Positions 1 through 12,987 of a stretch of DNA of 33,000 bases are shown piece by piece (the first letter of the stretch is position 1; each line of letters starts with the position of its first letter). Under the pieces are notes generated by a model. That model made no database searches, had not been told where the DNA came from, and saw nothing but the letters and a program-made list of their open reading frames with translations. Source of the DNA: Eutreptiella sp. 'Long Island Sound 2002' (Eukaryota; Protista; Euglenida). A program made the position numbers and the translations under genes. The stretch lies in NCBI GenBank assembly GCA_964036045.1, contig OZ038378.1:20305001-20338000 (forward strand). Direction: 5' to 3'.

Positions 1-99
1 CCTTTCGGTTGATGATTTCCGGAGACCAATAGCAGGTCAGTGTTCACCGATCGCGTGAGGGGGCGGAGCGGGCCCTCGCACATACAGCGCGGCACGTCC

Positions 100-480
100 C
101 CTTGGCAGGTGTTTCTGGTGTGAGGGAGTCTACGGCCACATATTACAGACCTGCCGCAACAGAACGCTACGCCACCTTTCCTCAACTCCAAACCTCATAC
201 TGTACCCTGTTTATCATCACGCGCTACACATCTCTTGCCAGACGATACTGGACCAGGGCAACAGACCACTTCTCACTGAAACACGTCCGGCCTCTCGCTG
301 CCCAGTCTTCCTGCCCCTTCGCAGGCAAAGCGTTGCAGAACGCAAACTTCGGATGGGACAGTGCCATGACCCACAGCAGAGTGCCAACGCGGACGAACCT
401 CCCAGGGTGTAGTGCAATGCGGGCAGGCATGCTTTCCATGCGGTGGCGCAAGGCAGACCCCCACCATGAGGCGCAGGCGG
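100..480 (-). mobile_element. Possible decayed LINE RT fragment (domains 1-2)
   Basis: ALPAKGQEDWAAR...QYRLARDV*RVMINRVQYEVWS*GK loosely matches PK.G..dWRPI...RL..vl..lI...Q.gF..GR. Contains stops. Confidence 0.3.
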
Positions 481-797
481 GGGGTGGGGGGACTCTGTGA
501 TGCACAGAATCAACAACGTGATGTACAATTCCGCAGTTCGACGGAGAAGAGGCCTCTGCGCTCCAGAGAGCGCTGCTCGGCCCTCCCACATCAGTTTCGT
601 GTTTGCTATTCGATGCCACGTTCCTCAAAATCTGCACAACAAATGGGAGCATTCAATATGATGACCAAGACGGCCCTGACCACAACTGCAGCAGTGACAC
701 ATGGCACACTTGCTGTGGAGATGTGTGAGCGTGGGGAGGGAGGGGAGGTCTCCTTCCAGAAGAATGAAGCATTGTATGCAATGTGTGAGTGTGCGTG

Positions 798-960
<163 letters not shown>

Positions 961-1311
961 GATCTGTACTTTTAGAGGTGGATCCTTGTGCAGCGTTGGG
1001 CTGGACGCCTCATTCGGCTCAGGTCTGCTGAGGCCTCTTTGTGACGTTGTTTCCCTCCCTTCTGCGGAATCAGAACCTCTGTATTTTGCTGGCTAGGTAT
1101 CCAGAGTATTTGCTCTCCCGTGCCTCGTCAGAAAAAGCGGGCAGGCGACATCCTTGGCCACGGTCTCCTCCAGCCCCTGTGGAACTGGGGCTGGTGGAGA
1201 CGGAGGGGGGGGTGTTTTCGGCCTCCTGCGTTTGGGCGCTGGAGGGGTGGGGGGTTGGTGTGGGGACCTCAGCAGCATACAGGCGGAACCCCAGCACCGC
1301 GCCCATGCCTT

Positions 1312-1456
<145 letters not shown>

Positions 1457-3544
1457 GGTGGGGGCTTTAAGTTACTGCAAAAAATTCATTTCAAAAGATT
1501 ATTAATGTCTTGAAACTATATAATAAATTGTAAATTTCAGCCATCATGATTATAGACCAAAGAAATATTCATTGGATTCTGCTGCATAGATTTGTTTTGA
1601 CGATTGAATCTAAAATGTATTGTTCTAGCATTGTTAAGCAAAGGCATGTTGTTTGTTTTCTTCAGTTCAGGTTAATAAAAATTTTTAGAATTATCAAGAA
1701 GAGAAAAATACTAGACAATGAGAAGATTTCTATCTTATTGAACAATACCCTACAATAATTCACCAGGAAAGAAATGCCTTTTAAATTCTATTTGGTTCTT
1801 CAGATGGTGATTTGAAATCAGTCAATTTTTTTTGTTTTAGAACCCAAGCATTCTCTATCTTTTATTGAAAATTGGTTCTAGTAAATGAGATCAATTGTTT
1901 TCTTCAAGAAATTAAATTGTAAAGAATATAGAGAATGTAAATTACAAAGAATATCATAAACCCTGCAAAGAATTTTTATTCTAACAACATCAAATAACAT
2001 TACTGCGTAAACTTCATCGCGTCAAATTACAGTTGAGGAATTGTTGAAGAATTGTCTATTTTGGAAAATCTAGTTTTATGTTTTTCATTTCTGATACAAA
2101 GTCTTTAGTATAATTGGATTTGCGGATTTGAAAATGGTTTGTTCTGGCAAAATTCTGTATTGAGTTGAACTACAAGAGAACATAAATTGAATTTCTGAAG
2201 GAAAAAAAAAGCGCGTTACACAACAGTTTGCTACTATAATTCTAGACTAGAGTTATTAGTATTCTGAATTCATTGCAAAAAACATGGAAAATTTGGTTGC
2301 TAGTTTTAAGGATAAGCCTTTTCCTTTGCAAATCAAGGTATCTTTTTTAATTGAAACATTGATTCTGTTTGGGTTTTTCAGCATAAAAGAAAAGATGTCG
2401 ACAAATATGGAATGGGAGCATGTGGTTTCAATGCATGGAATGTTTTTGCTTAATTAATTGCTGTTAATTGCTTTCTTTTTTCTTTGGTCTTCAATACTTC
2501 TGTGTTAAATTAAAACTTTTTGTTTTTCTGGAAATTCTCACACCATTTTGAAGCTTTTGATTTCTGTTAATAGTAATGATTACTTTTTGCTTTTTGTGAA
2601 ACGATGTTTTTTTCCTTAAAGGTGTGTGAATCCAAATGAAAATGTTTCTTCCACAAAAATTGATGTAGTACCTTCTTATGATTCTTCAAAAATGCTAAAA
2701 ATTAATCATAATAATTTTGCCTAAAATGAAAATGTTTCAACTGAACAAATTGAATGTATTGCTAGTGGACTAGGTGCCCTTAGAATCGTGTTTTGAGCCA
2801 CATAGCCCAAGATATGGCATGTCCTTGGTGTGGGGCCGGTTGCAGCCAATGTTGGTAGATTCTAGGGATTTGGGGGCCCTTTGGGTGTGTTTCTTGGACA
2901 TAACGTGGAATTTGGGGGCACCAAAGGGCTCTTTGACAATAGCAACTCATGCCACACGTGGAGTAAGAAGTGCTTGCTTGCTTGTTGCTGGTTGCCGGTT
3001 GCTTTCTTGCTTGTAGCTAGCTAGATTTACGTGGAGAGGGGTGTAAGAGGTGGAAACCACAAATCGCGTACTTCTTGTGGTTCTTCAAAAATGCTAAAAA
3101 ATAAGCATACTAGTTTTCTTAATTTTCACATTCTAGACATTCAATGAGTAATTTTGTTGGAAGATTTTTTTGCCTTGTGTTTCTTACCTTTTTCAAACAG
3201 TTAGTTGGACAAAAGTCTACCATTTCTCCCTAAGGAGTTTCATGACTGAATTTTTTTTCTTCTAGAACAACCACAGCAAGATTTTCCTTGAGTTTTTTGA
3301 GAAAAGGAAGAATATATAAATTTTTGATGTGCAAGAGATTACACCAATTTGGTGAGAGGCTTGTTTAACAAAACTTTTATATATGCATATATTACTAGAA
3401 TTTCCCAAACAGATGCCTACACCCTAGTACTAGTGTCGACTAGGATGCGGCAAGCCGCATGCTCAAGCCCAAACATGTAGGTGCCAAAATGGGTCAAGGG
3501 GGTCCACCGAGGGCAAAAAAATGACTTATTTTCAGAAGTGATAC

Positions 3545-3860
3545 TAGGCCACGTGGGATGCCAAAACAAGTGGTTTTAGCCTGATTCGAGTCCGTGGTGG
3601 CCCATTTTGGCCCTCCAAAAATCCCAAAATGCCTTGAAAATGGGCCTAGTTGGGACCAAATGGGTCAATTACGGGTCAAAAATGCATTTTTCCAAAAATG
3701 ATCTTGCATCATTTCGGATGCCCAAACAAGTGAAATGGGGCCATTTTAGCCCCGTTTTGAGCCATTTTGGCAGATCGAAAGTCCAAAAAAGCCTTGAACA
3801 TGGGCCATTTTGGGACCAAAAAAGGGTCACACATGTTTTTCCAAAAAAGATGCGAGGTCA
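3545..3860. repeat. Two diverged 160-bp tandem units
   Basis: ggatgcc(a/c)aaacaagtg at 3556 and 3716; gccttgaa(a/c)atgggcc at 3631 and 3791; gggaccaaa and tttttccaaaaa also recur. Confidence 0.85.
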
Positions 3861-4041
3861 TTCAGTGTGGACAAATGGGTGAATTGATCCCCTTTGAGGC
3901 CCTTTTGCCCGTGTTAGCCTGTCTAGCCGTATCAAAGCGCTAAATTGTACACTTCTAGAGACCCGAGAGCCTTGCTCCGGAGCCACCTAGAGTAGGGGAG
4001 AGGGGTGTAGATTAGAGGATATTAGATATACTACAATACAG

Positions 4042-4076
4042 ATATATATATATACAAATATACACTGTATACATAC

Positions 4077-4114
<38 letters not shown>

Positions 4115-4126
4115 TATATGTATATA
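4042..4126. repeat. (TA)n microsatellite, pure core 4082-4111
   Basis: Directly visible. Confidence 0.95.
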
Positions 4127-6778
4127 GTGTTGGATGGGGGGGGGGGGTCTACATTGCCTGTATGGACAACTAACAGCCAATTTTTGGGAAAGGCAGTTCA
4201 GGCCGCCGGTGGTTGGTACCATTTTGGGTGGTGCATATACCCCCCCCCCCCCCTATTTTGGACGTGCCCAATCCCAAAAAAAACCACTCCCACTGCCCGT
4301 TCAGCCAGTGGCAGGCCTATGCAATTGCCAACTTTTGGACATTTCTACCAAAATCTGCCAAAATTTGTGGGTTTAGCCCCGCATTGGTTTTCACATGGTC
4401 ACCTTGGGAGGCATATATATCTCCAACACATCGTTTCAAAACGCAAAATTCAAGGGGTATGTTTTTTTCCATTTGATGTGTGGAATTCAAAAATCCAAGT
4501 CCCACCCTTCAACTCAACGACGTTGTGGAGGAAATGGAGCAAAACATGTAGGCACTAGTCATGAGCAACAGCAGTATTGCACAGGGTGTTCAACCGAGTC
4601 TACACACCAAAGCATCCATGCAAATTTTCCATAACATTTCCATAACATGTTGTGGAGTTGAGACCCGCGACATAAATATTTGGATTCTATGCAACAAGCT
4701 CCATAAGATACACTACTTTGCTTTTTGCTCAACTCAATACTATCATGGAGTAATGATGGTGGCACAGTTTGAGGCGTGTACAACAAGGTCGGGCAGCCCA
4801 AAATATTGGAATCGTCAAAGTATAATGCACCCAAAACCTTCCAATGTCATGGCATCCCTGCCCTCACCGCATGCACCATGCACAAAGGAAAGTGAAATGG
4901 GAATGTGTGCTTTAAGAAGAAGACGTTCAGTTATTGATTTGTCTACATTTTCATAATCGTGAACTTGCGCTTTTTTAAGCATTTTAGTTTGATTCCGTTC
5001 TTTGTAGACGGGGAGGTGATAAGATCTTACGTATCTTAGATTTGAACAGTTCTCCTGGACGCAAACACACACATCTTGTATGAGTTTTTAAAAAAAAATA
5101 TTGGATTGTAGATGAAGGAAGATTTTTCATTCCCAAAAGCTTTTTTTTTCAAGGCACAGACTTAAGGGATAATTGGGTTGTTCTTTAGGAAACGGAAACA
5201 AGCATGAAACAATTTTTTCACAGAAAATTTCTTGCGTTTAATTCGGTTAGAGGGTATGCTTTAAACATACATTAAAATTTCTGATTCAAATTTTGCTTTT
5301 GGGGCCAAACAAAGTGTAAATTTCATGTCCACCTTTAAGCAAATAATTTTGCGTTTCAGCTTAACAATCATTCTATTTCTGCAGCATTTTTTCGGTTTAA
5401 TACGGGAAATGAAATGTGATGTTTGGGGAAGTGCAAGTGACTAAAGTGCACTCCACATATTATTCGTGGAAATGTTGGCTCTAAGACTATAAACAGTTGG
5501 ATAAGAGACTTTTATGGGCTGGGGCATCACAGCTTATTCAACTGTATGGTTCTGCTCCTTTTGCTTACACAGTAGTGTCTTTAAGTACTCGTTTCATATG
5601 GGCTTTTTGTTTGATATTTTTGGGGGGGGGGGCATCGAGAGATAAAGCAAAAAATTGGACAGAATGTGTGCGCGTGCTGTGTGCGTGTTGCAGGACGAAG
5701 GTGGGCTACATGAATGGGCAGGGGAGACAGCAAAGGACTGTGGCAGAGATGTAGGCAAAGGCATGATTGTGGGCCAAGGGGTTCGGACTGCGGCTGCTGG
5801 GGATTGATAGAAAGCTTGCATGGAACATCAAGAACTGGGGAACAGCTGGGGCCAGGGGGCAGCCAGGGGGGTCACCAGGGAGTGGGTGTCATCTCATGTC
5901 TGAAAATTGTAGATCCGGCGCTATATATGCACCACTGTAACTGTACCTGTCCGAACTACAAACGGTCCTGGTAACCTGCTCATATCTTACCATGAAGCCC
6001 ACAGCCCAGCACATACTTGAAATTTGATTCAGAGTTTCTGTGGCCATTTGAGCAACTGCAATACACACAACGCTGCGTTGATGGAAGCAACACAACCATC
6101 ACAACCATCAAACGGAAACGCGGAAACTGCATGTGACCTCGGGCACAAGGGTTGCACCGCCAACGTGTCATGCCATGTCAGCATCCATGTTTACGGTTAT
6201 GGCGCCTTACACACCGTCCCGTCCTGCGGGAACCTGCACATCTCTGGGAAAGGAAAAACTGGAAGGCGGGCACGAAGGGCAGAATCCACTGCCTACCAAT
6301 GCAGCACTGCCGCCGTGGCATTCATTCCCCTGCCGGCATGGGATGGGGGCGTGGGTGGAAATCATGGCAGGGGGGGACATGCCTGGGGGCACAGCCAACC
6401 GCGGCTAAACAGCAAAATGCACAGAAAGCAGTGACAACTTACTGCTGGGGCACCCGCCCTGCAGTCCGTGCTGCCCGCCGTGGTGCCCGCCACCCTCGCT
6501 CACCCAGCCACAGAATTCCAACCCTAGGCAAAGGCCAGTCAGGACAAGCAATGCACATACTTCTCGATGGGCTTTGGATGGGCTGGAAAGGGTCTGTTTC
6601 AGGCGCTGCGGAGGAAAAACAAAAGCAAAATTGCGCGACAGAGCAGGGGGAACAACCATAACACACCCTTCAAGCACGCCCACCTTACGCCTCCCTGAGC
6701 ACCTGTGTCTCCCCTCACAGATATGCATCTCCCACCGCCCCCCCCACCCCCCACCTCACACACACAACAGGTGACGTT

Positions 6779-6787
6779 CACACACAC

Positions 6788-6823
<36 letters not shown>
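6779..6823. repeat. (CA)n microsatellite
   Basis: Directly visible. Confidence 0.95.
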
Positions 6824-6825
<2 letters not shown>

Positions 6826-7139
6826 TTGCGATGCACAGCACAAAGCGTTGTTGACTGAGTGAAAAATCCTTGTCAGTTGGTCATCAGACAAGACAAACAG
6901 AGCATGTCCCAAGCCAATAGGCGCCTTTCTGCAGTACAGGGAGCAGAGACGAGGATTGCCAAATCCCAGGCGATGGTCAGTACACCGACATAGCCTCTGG
7001 CGTTCCGGATCCAGCCAGAGGCCTGCAGCAAAGGATGACCAGATGGCAGCTTCAGAGCCGCCTGTGGTTTTGGGGTACGACTTGGAGCCCTCACCTCCCT
7101 GCCCCCTGCACTACTTCAGCCCCCTGAGGAGTGTGGTAC

Positions 7140-7260
7140 ACTGTGTTTCGACCTACCGATTTAGTTTCAGATGGCAGAAAACATACAGTTGGCTGAAGTA
7201 CACCGTAACTGGTGCACTACACACACACATTGTGCTGCTGTTGGCAAGGACAGGCCATAT
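7140..7260 (+). pseudogene. Possible hAT-associated TTF-type zinc-finger start
   Basis: YRFSFRWQKTYSWLKYT resembles the R.F...W...f.WL.Y start of TTF fingers. The C..C part is not in frame. Confidence 0.2.
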
Positions 7261-7509
7261 CATGGCAGCTCGCTTGTTGAAGAGGTTCAATGTACGCAAT
7301 GTCATTATTCCATGCCCCGTTTATGCCATCAATGGGGAGCCCCGGGTAACATCCATGATGTGTAGCAGTTGCCATCCCAGAATGCATGTTTGTTCATGCC
7401 TGTTTTAATTCAATTCACTTCACTTCATCAACTAGTTGATCATTGATGATTTCTTCCAATGCATTGCCCACTTCTACTTTATAGTGATGGCTGATGTGCC
7501 TACTTCCAA

Positions 7510-7850
7510 GTGGGAAGCAAAATTGCATGGCGCTTATTTTTGATACACAGTTGCGGTGGCCATTCAAAGGTGCTCAAAAACACAGGCTTGCGCATCTGGA
7601 TGTTGGAACTTTTGTATGACAAGTATTGTGCGCCTTATGACATTTCGAGGGTCACGTTGTTCTACACCTTTGTGTGGTTGAAACATTACCCGTATGATGT
7701 TTTGCTACCATGCTATCAACCGTTGCATTAGCCAAAGGTTGGGGTTTTTGCAGCGAAGCGTCATGTGAAGCTAGGTTTGCAACATTTAAGCGCCGTCATG
7801 ACGGAAGCAACCAGGTTTGTACTTTGGACAGGATGATACATCGCTTGGCA
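7510..7850 (+). pseudogene. Possible PIF/Harbinger- or ISL2EU-type transposase HTH relic
   Basis: LYDKYCAPYDISRVTLFYTFVWLKHYPYDVLL resembles the LL.tL.WLrhYpt..vL motif of HTH_Tnp_4 (PF13613) as recalled. Followed by stops. Confidence 0.35.
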
Positions 7851-7904
7851 GGCATGTGATGACACACACACACACACACACAGTCTCCTCCCCTACACAG
7901 CACT

Positions 7905-8590
7905 CCAGCCCTCTCCATGAGCGCCCACAGTGTGGTGCCCTATGGCCTCAGCACACTTTGCTCTTCGTGCATCCGCATCATGCCTATTGTGCCGCAGTCA
8001 CTTGCACCAGCACCCCTCGCCTCTCCTGCACCCCCACAGCACCATGTGCCTCTCAAAAACACGCCCCTACAGCCTCCAAAGCCTCCATGCACTCCCACAC
8101 GCACCCCATCTCTGCAATGCCCCACGCCTCTCCATGAGCACCCACAGCGCCCCACCCCTCTGCACGAGCCCGGACAGCGCTCCGACCCCCACAAGCGTCC
8201 AAACCGCTCCAGGCCTCCCTACGAGCATCTGCAGCGCTCTGCATCTCCCCACAAGCGCTCCTATATCTCTCAATGCACCCCTATGCCTGTGGATGGGCGC
8301 CCGCAGCGTTCCACACTGCTGCATGGACACCTACGCCACTCTCCCCACAAGCACCCACAGCGCCCCCCATGTCTCCATCAGTGTGTACGTCACCCCAGGC
8401 CTCCCCATGGGCACTCTCAGCGCCCCATGCTTCCCCAGGGTCCCCCACTGCGCTCCACACATCCTTGTGAGCACCCACAGTGCCTCCCCCTACATGCGCT
8501 CCAACAGCGCTTTACGCCTGCCCACCCGCCTGTACAGCGCCCCACATCTCCCCGAGCTCCTCCACAATGCCCCACTGCGCTCTCACGCTG
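7905..8590. repeat. Degenerate ~30-bp C-rich minisatellite (core CCCCATGAGCACCCACAGCGC)
   Basis: Recurring ccacagcgc/ccatgagc/ccacaagc words. One frame translates with 10-aa periodicity (HEHPQRPTPL-like). Confidence 0.7.
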
Positions 8591-11500
8591 CCTCCAGGCG
8601 TGGGGGGGGGGGAGACGAAAGTGACGATGACTGCATCATACTCTACCGCTCCTTGTTGTTTCTGACCAGCCCGTACAATATGTTTGGCGAACATGTTGTC
8701 CAACAATCGACTTCTTGCAGCCTGCTGTTGTATACTGTTGGCTAGTGCTTGCCTCACATGTGCCTGCGCCTTCCCATAGCCCCTGCAACCCCCGTGCGCA
8801 CCCACCACGCCCTCCTCCCACTGCCCTCCGGCAGCCCCCCCCTGACGTGCCCCGTGATGTGCCACGAGTCACGCCACGCCACCCTGGCATCATTACCACA
8901 AGAGGCAACCGGAAAACAGACCGCCCACCAGGCCCCCGGGGGGAAACCAACAAAGTGCGGCAAGACTCGCTCATGAACGCAATTTTGGACAGGCAGCTTG
9001 TCACTCATACACCCCCCACAGGGCAGGCCACAGGCAGGCTCTAACCCGCTAACCCCTAACCCTCCCGTCGCAAGAGCAGCCAGGACATTAAAAGCCTTCA
9101 ACCCCCACACGCAGTGCAGTGCACGTGCAGTGCAGACTCCTCCTTCGAATGTCCGTTTGACTGTGCATTTGACAGGCATCGCGCCCCCTCCGCGCTGCTG
9201 ACCACAGCCCGACGGTCTTGGGCTTCGCTGGAGCCACAATGAGGACCCGGAGCCGTGCAGGCTCTCCACCTCCACACACAACAAAGTGTGCGAGACTGAG
9301 GATCGATGAGGGATGGCCAGGGGTCGGAGAGGGTGGCTGTAGGAAACGCAGGAAGTTGGCATGGTGGCGAAAGTTGCGCATTTCTCGCTCTGCAATCGTG
9401 ACTTTTGGCTGAAAGTTACGGTTGGTCTGGGAAGACCAGGAGGACTCCAGAGGATCGTTCTCAAAGGCGGTGTTGACTCCGAGAGTTCGGGCATTGAGGG
9501 CGGAGAGGGTTGTTGAGTTGTGGAGGGGCTGGGGATCAACCCGCGTCGCAGTACGCGCTCTGCTCTCGCACCTTCAATCGTCACTTCCCCTCTTCAATCC
9601 TCTCTTGCCTCCCGACCCAACGCCCCAGACAAACACCTGCTTCCTTGTGGCCGGAATCGACACCAGGGGCCACGGGAGCGTGGGTGGCTTCCTGCACAGA
9701 GAAGAAGACACTTGAAAGAAGTATGACTGAGTCGACACAGAAGGCCCACCACCTTATCAAAGGCTGACTTGGAAGGTCTCATTTGGATACAGTGCCCTCG
9801 GACCCTCTCCCTTATCTGCAGACGGGGCAAAACACTTGGCAGAATCCCAAAAGTATATCTGATGGGTTCCCACCATTGGACAATCTCGAGCTTCGATTAA
9901 CAGGGTGGGGGGCGTGGGAAAGGGGGGGGGAAGGTCGGATGGGAAACCATTGAGGTGGAGCAGGTTTGCGATTGGTACTGATCAGAAGCAGAAGCAGGGC
10001 CCACTATTTCTAATCCCCTACTCACATCATCCAGGATAGCCGAGGGATGACCCTGCTGGGTGGTGGTCATGAGGAGCTGCGTACTCAGTGCACACAGACT
10101 CAAGCCCTATTGAAGGCCTTAGAATCACCCTTGGGGCATCCTCCCTCGATTGATGATGGCCCAGCTGAACCCAGTGACACTGATGTCCTCCACTATGTGA
10201 CGTACTACCCCTGACTAGGGGGGATCTAACCCACAGTTTCTTTGGCTCTGACTGTTGGCCTATGCACTGCTCAATGGTCATGTGCAAAGGTGCCAAGACC
10301 TGGATGTCCTTCCCTGGACGGCGCAACCCCACCATCAAATTCTCTGGCACTTACTTTGCACTTTTGCATTTATGGCCCCTGCCCCTTCTATTTTTCACCC
10401 ATTGCGCACCATGGCTGTGGTTCTGGATATGGTTGGTGTATTTGCGCTGTGTTGCCCAATCCTTGGTGCTCTGACTGCTAAATTGTTTGCTCCACTTTGT
10501 ACTGAAATCTGTGGAGTCTGGAGGAGTGACACACGTGTTTCATTTGCATGTGCAAATGAGAGAGAGGGAAGAGGGGGTCACGCATCAGGCTGTCCTAATG
10601 ATGGCAAAGCGGGGTACATTCTGCTCTGGGGCTGGAGCTGTGTGCACAACCCCCATGGAAATGACATGGGCTGGCAGTAGCACAGCATACAAGACCACCG
10701 TGTGTACCGAGGGAGGTATTGGTTGTGTTTTCTGGGCCCTCCTCACACCACACAGTGTTTGCTGCACCCATGTTCCCTTCTTTGTCTGCCATCTGTTCAG
10801 TTGCCGATACAGAAGTCTATGTCTATTTCATCTGTGTCATTGGCCGTTTGGGGGAACGTAACAGAAAGGGAAATTGTATACCCCTGGCCCATTGCCACAC
10901 GCGTCGGCTCCACTCTGGCATCATCATTTAGCCTTTTTTGGTGTCCGCCCCTACTGCATGATGGCACAGATTTTTGCTGCTCTGACAATGCATTGTCTGG
11001 GCCATTTCCCTGGTCCCCAGAAAGGGGAAAGCAGCCCTTGCTTTGTAATGGCTCAAATATGGGCCAACTGAGGGGTTGGGGGCTGGGGGGGGCTGAGAGC
11101 GAAATGTCTGTCCCACTGCTCACAATCGCTGCTCGTTTCCTTCCCTCCTCTTGTTTCCAAGTGCAGCCTGGGCTGGAACCCTTCCCCCTTAAGCGGTGTG
11201 TGGGCTCTCTAAAGGTTTGTATCACACTGGCCTTGGGGTGTCACCTTTCAGCTGGGGCGGGGGGAGGCCCGTGGGAGAGCTGTGCTCCGCGCATTGGAAT
11301 TGCGTACCACACTGGTCCAGGTCCATCGCCTTTCAGCTGGTCACCGTCCTCACCCAGTGGGAGTGCTGGTGGTGGGGGGGGGGGGGGGCTGGCACGCCTT
11401 CAAGGGCTGTTGTTTCTCAGATGCACCTTTGTCGGGTTCCGAATCACAGTAGCATGGACGTTGTTGGGTTGTCCTTGCAGCCTGGTCCATTTTCAGCAGT

Positions 11501-12894
11501 GCTTGGCATGACCAGGCTGTTCATTGAGCCACTGGGGTTGCCATTGGTGTGTGTTGCTGTTGGCATGCGGCACTATTGCCCGCAACTGCTGAGTGACCCA
11601 GTCGAAAGCGAAGCTTTGCACTGGCTGCCAGTGCAACTGGGCTGACAACCCAGAGCGTTGTCCGGCTGCCCTGCCAGAAGAAGATGAACTTTGACTGTTT
11701 TTACCGACCTTACCTGTTGGCCCCGGCCCAGTGTCCTCAGAGGCCCTCTGAGGGAACTGGAAATGGTTTTTTGTGGGGCAGCATCTGTATCCTCCATGCG
11801 GCATAAGTGGCATCCAATCTCTTGCCGGTGGCTGCAGAGGCTCACGTGTGGTACATCTCATGACCGTCAAAGTGGTGGTGGAGGAGGAGGGGAATGCCGA
11901 GTTGCATTGCTCTCCACGCCCCCTCCGGGCCATGAACGAAGAAAGGTGCCAACGAATACGTCCGCCTTTTGATTCATTGGTGCGGGGTGTACGGTGGAGA
12001 GGTCCTCCACTTTGCGACAAAGGGGTGGGACTGCCCGCGCCTTGCAGGGCGCGTGCTGGGGGTCTGTGTAAAAGAAGGCATCTGTTGTGGGTGGCAGGAG
12101 CTGCCCCCTATGACAGAGCGGCGGTGTCGGTGGGGGGGGGGGGGGGGGGCAGTGGTCCTGAAATTTTGGAGCGAACTGTTTTCGCCAGCCCAGAACGCAC
12201 GCTCACCCAGGCACCACCAGCTGCCATACGGTGTTGCACAAAGGGGGTTTCAGGGCAAAAAAGCCGCAGCTTTGGTCATGGCATACAATTGCATCTTCCC
12301 AAGGGAATGTGAATGCACCGCAGTGCCGGGTACGCTGTCAACTACACAACGCCAAATTGCGCCGAAGGCACAGACGAAAAATTGGCCCAATCACTTACAG
12401 GGGGGGGGGGGCGGTTGCCATAAGGCTAAGGACGCATGCCTTAAAAGGGAGGGGGGGTCTGGGACCCCAGCCCCACCAAGCCCGCTGTGTTGAATTGTTC
12501 AGTGGAACTCTGGGATCTGCCGGGGGGTTCGCATCCCTGCCTTTGCAGAATGCGTGGGCTGAGTAGAATGTGTACAGCGAATAGAATTGCACATCTGTCA
12601 GAAATTCACTGGGCGGTGTTGTTTTACTGAGGCATGGGCAAAAGGCCCAAGGCCATTGACACCATCCGTGGCAACCATTGATGTCGTTGCCTCGTCTCTT
12701 GGATTTGTGTTGAAGATAAAGCCTCCGTCATGGCATCACCGCCCTCCATGTGCAAAGCCCCCCCCGGGGGTTACAGCATTCCAACACTTTGCTTTCAGGC
12801 AGCCCCCATGGGTACACGCACGTGCATACACCTCTGCCAGCCTAAGGTAATGCTGCAAACGAATCGCCTTCATCTCCAGTTGGTGCAATGGCAC

Positions 12895-12987
12895 TTGGCT
12901 GTACATGCTGAGGACCCACATGCATAGCCCCGTGGCGGCAGGACATGCTTCTGCTACTTGGTCAGGCTGGAACATCGGGTCGACAAC
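12895..12987 (-). CDS. Isolated exon, dynein heavy-chain stalk/MTBD-like: VVDPMFQPDQVAEACPAATGLCMWVLSMYSQ
   Basis: Acceptor ctcttcgtgcag|, 31 codons, then GT. The dP.F.P..V...s.A..GLC.WV..M pattern matches the conserved end of the dynein microtubule-binding domain (PF12777 region) as recalled. No partner exons found. Confidence 0.6.

Noticed and set aside
9041-9063. Interstitial telomeric repeat (three CTAACCC-like units)
   Set aside because: Too short and imperfect to exceed chance in C-rich sequence.
8754-12320. Several 140-276 aa ORFs on both strands
   Set aside because: No consistent codon bias, splice chain or motif; at most faint zinc-knuckle-like words (e.g. CHLCRMEDT at ~11800), too weak to call.
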